Below, piece after piece: positions 63,147 to 64,000 of a stretch of 64,000 nucleotides of DNA (positions are counted from its first letter, which is position 1; each line of letters begins with the position of its first letter). The position numbers and the translations under genes are program-made. This DNA is from an uncultured delta proteobacterium (GTDB taxonomy: Bacteria > Myxococcota > B64-G9), in the NCBI GenBank assembly GCA_963754925.1, contig CAVWHX010000004.1, positions 992,001-1,056,000 of the forward strand, in the 5' to 3' direction. The notes beneath the pieces are model-generated. The model was given only the letters and a program-made list of their open reading frames with translations, did no database searches and was not told where the DNA came from.

Positions 63147-63243
63147 GTCACCCCCGCGAAGGCGCTGTGCGGCTTGGCTGGGGGTCCAGATTGCGTTACT
63201 AAGGGATTCCAGCCAAGCCGCACGCCGCCTGCGCGGGAATGAC
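63147..63243. repeat. REPIN-like inverted pair of REP palindromes
   Basis: GTCACCCCCGCGAAGGCG...GGGGTCC and GGATTCC...CCGCCTGCGCGGGAATGAC with an internal 15-bp inverted repeat. Confidence 0.7.
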
Positions 63244-63258
63244 ACAGGTCACCAATTG

Positions 63259-64000
63259 CTAAAGCTTTCGCTCGTGTTGGCTGCCCGCCCGCTTGAGTAA
63301 ATCACGGGCATGGCCGCGGGCCTTTTCGGAAACGGTTTTTCCACCCGCCATGCGCGCTATCTCTTCAACCCGCTCAATTTCAGTCAGACGAACCACCTCA
63401 GAAACTGTTCGATCCCCCTCGCGACGCTTGGAAACGTGATAGTGAGTGCTGGCATACGCCGCAATCTGCGTCAGATGAGTAATGCAGAGCACCTGGTGGC
63501 CGGCGCTCACTTCGGCAAGCATTGCTCCGATTACCTCGGCCACCGCCCCGCCGACCCCTGAATCCACCTCGTCGAAAATATACGTTGCAACCGGATCGAT
63601 GCCGGCGAGGACTAATTTAATGCCGAGCAGCACCCGCGACAGTTCACCACCTGAGGCCACCTTGGCCAACGGCCGCAGCGCCTCGCCGGGATTGGCTGAA
63701 AGCAACATCTGTACTTGATCGAGGCCCCAAGTTTCGAGACTTTCATCTGCAAGTGTTTGCACCTGCACGTTAACCTGTGCGCCAGCCATAGCCAATTTAC
63801 CGAGTTCCTCCTCGAGCCTACGGCCAAGCTTAGAACCAGCCTCGCACCGACCCTTGGTCAGCCGGCGGGCCGCTTCTAACGCCTTGGTTTGCAAGGCATC
63901 TCGTTCGGCAGCAAGTTCGTTCACACGATCTTCCAGCTTTGCCAGCGAATCAAGTTCCGCTTTCATCTGCGTTTGTTTCTCAAAGAGTTCTGGGAGCGTA
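63259..64000 (-). CDS. recN: DNA repair protein RecN (C-terminal part)
   Basis: ASGGELSR, IFDEVDSGVGG, QVLCITH, ERVEEIARM. Confidence 0.95.
   Translation of the reverse strand, partial: TLPELFEKQTQMKAELDSLAKLEDRVNELAAERDALQTKALEAARRLTKGRCEAGSKLGRRLEEELGKLAMAGAQVNVQVQTLADESLETWGLDQVQMLLSANPGEALRPLAKVASGGELSRVLLGIKLVLAGIDPVATYIFDEVDSGVGGAVAEVIGAMLAEVSAGHQVLCITHLTQIAAYASTHYHVSKRREGDRTVSEVVRLTEIERVEEIARMAGGKTVSEKARGHARDLLKRAGSQHERKL

Overview
64-kb bacterial chromosomal window, moderately GC-rich. Gene content (giant TPR proteins, zinc-ribbon/TPR, REC-PilZ, FHA-TPR, TSP3-OmpA, Cys-rich lipoproteins, short EF-Ts) points to a Myxococcota-like deltaproteobacterium (inference). Most of it is core genes: mpl, PBP1A, glpX, dnaE, serS, thrB/thrC, dxr-uppS-frr-pyrH-tsf-rpsB, secA, recN and tRNA-Ser(TGA). 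The most unusual part is a ~4.2-kb accessory patch between rpsB and secA. It holds a 70-bp, mostly synonymously diverged second copy of the secA 3' end, two integron-cassette-like units (phzF; phd-vapC) with attC-like sites but no integron integrase in the window, and a tyrosine-integrase N-terminal remnant. A dispersed hairpin repeat family with covarying stems occurs at four loci. Four genes appear split by single-base indels, three of them at GTTAA, which suggests motif-linked sequencing error. All product calls come from motif recognition only; no database searches were run.
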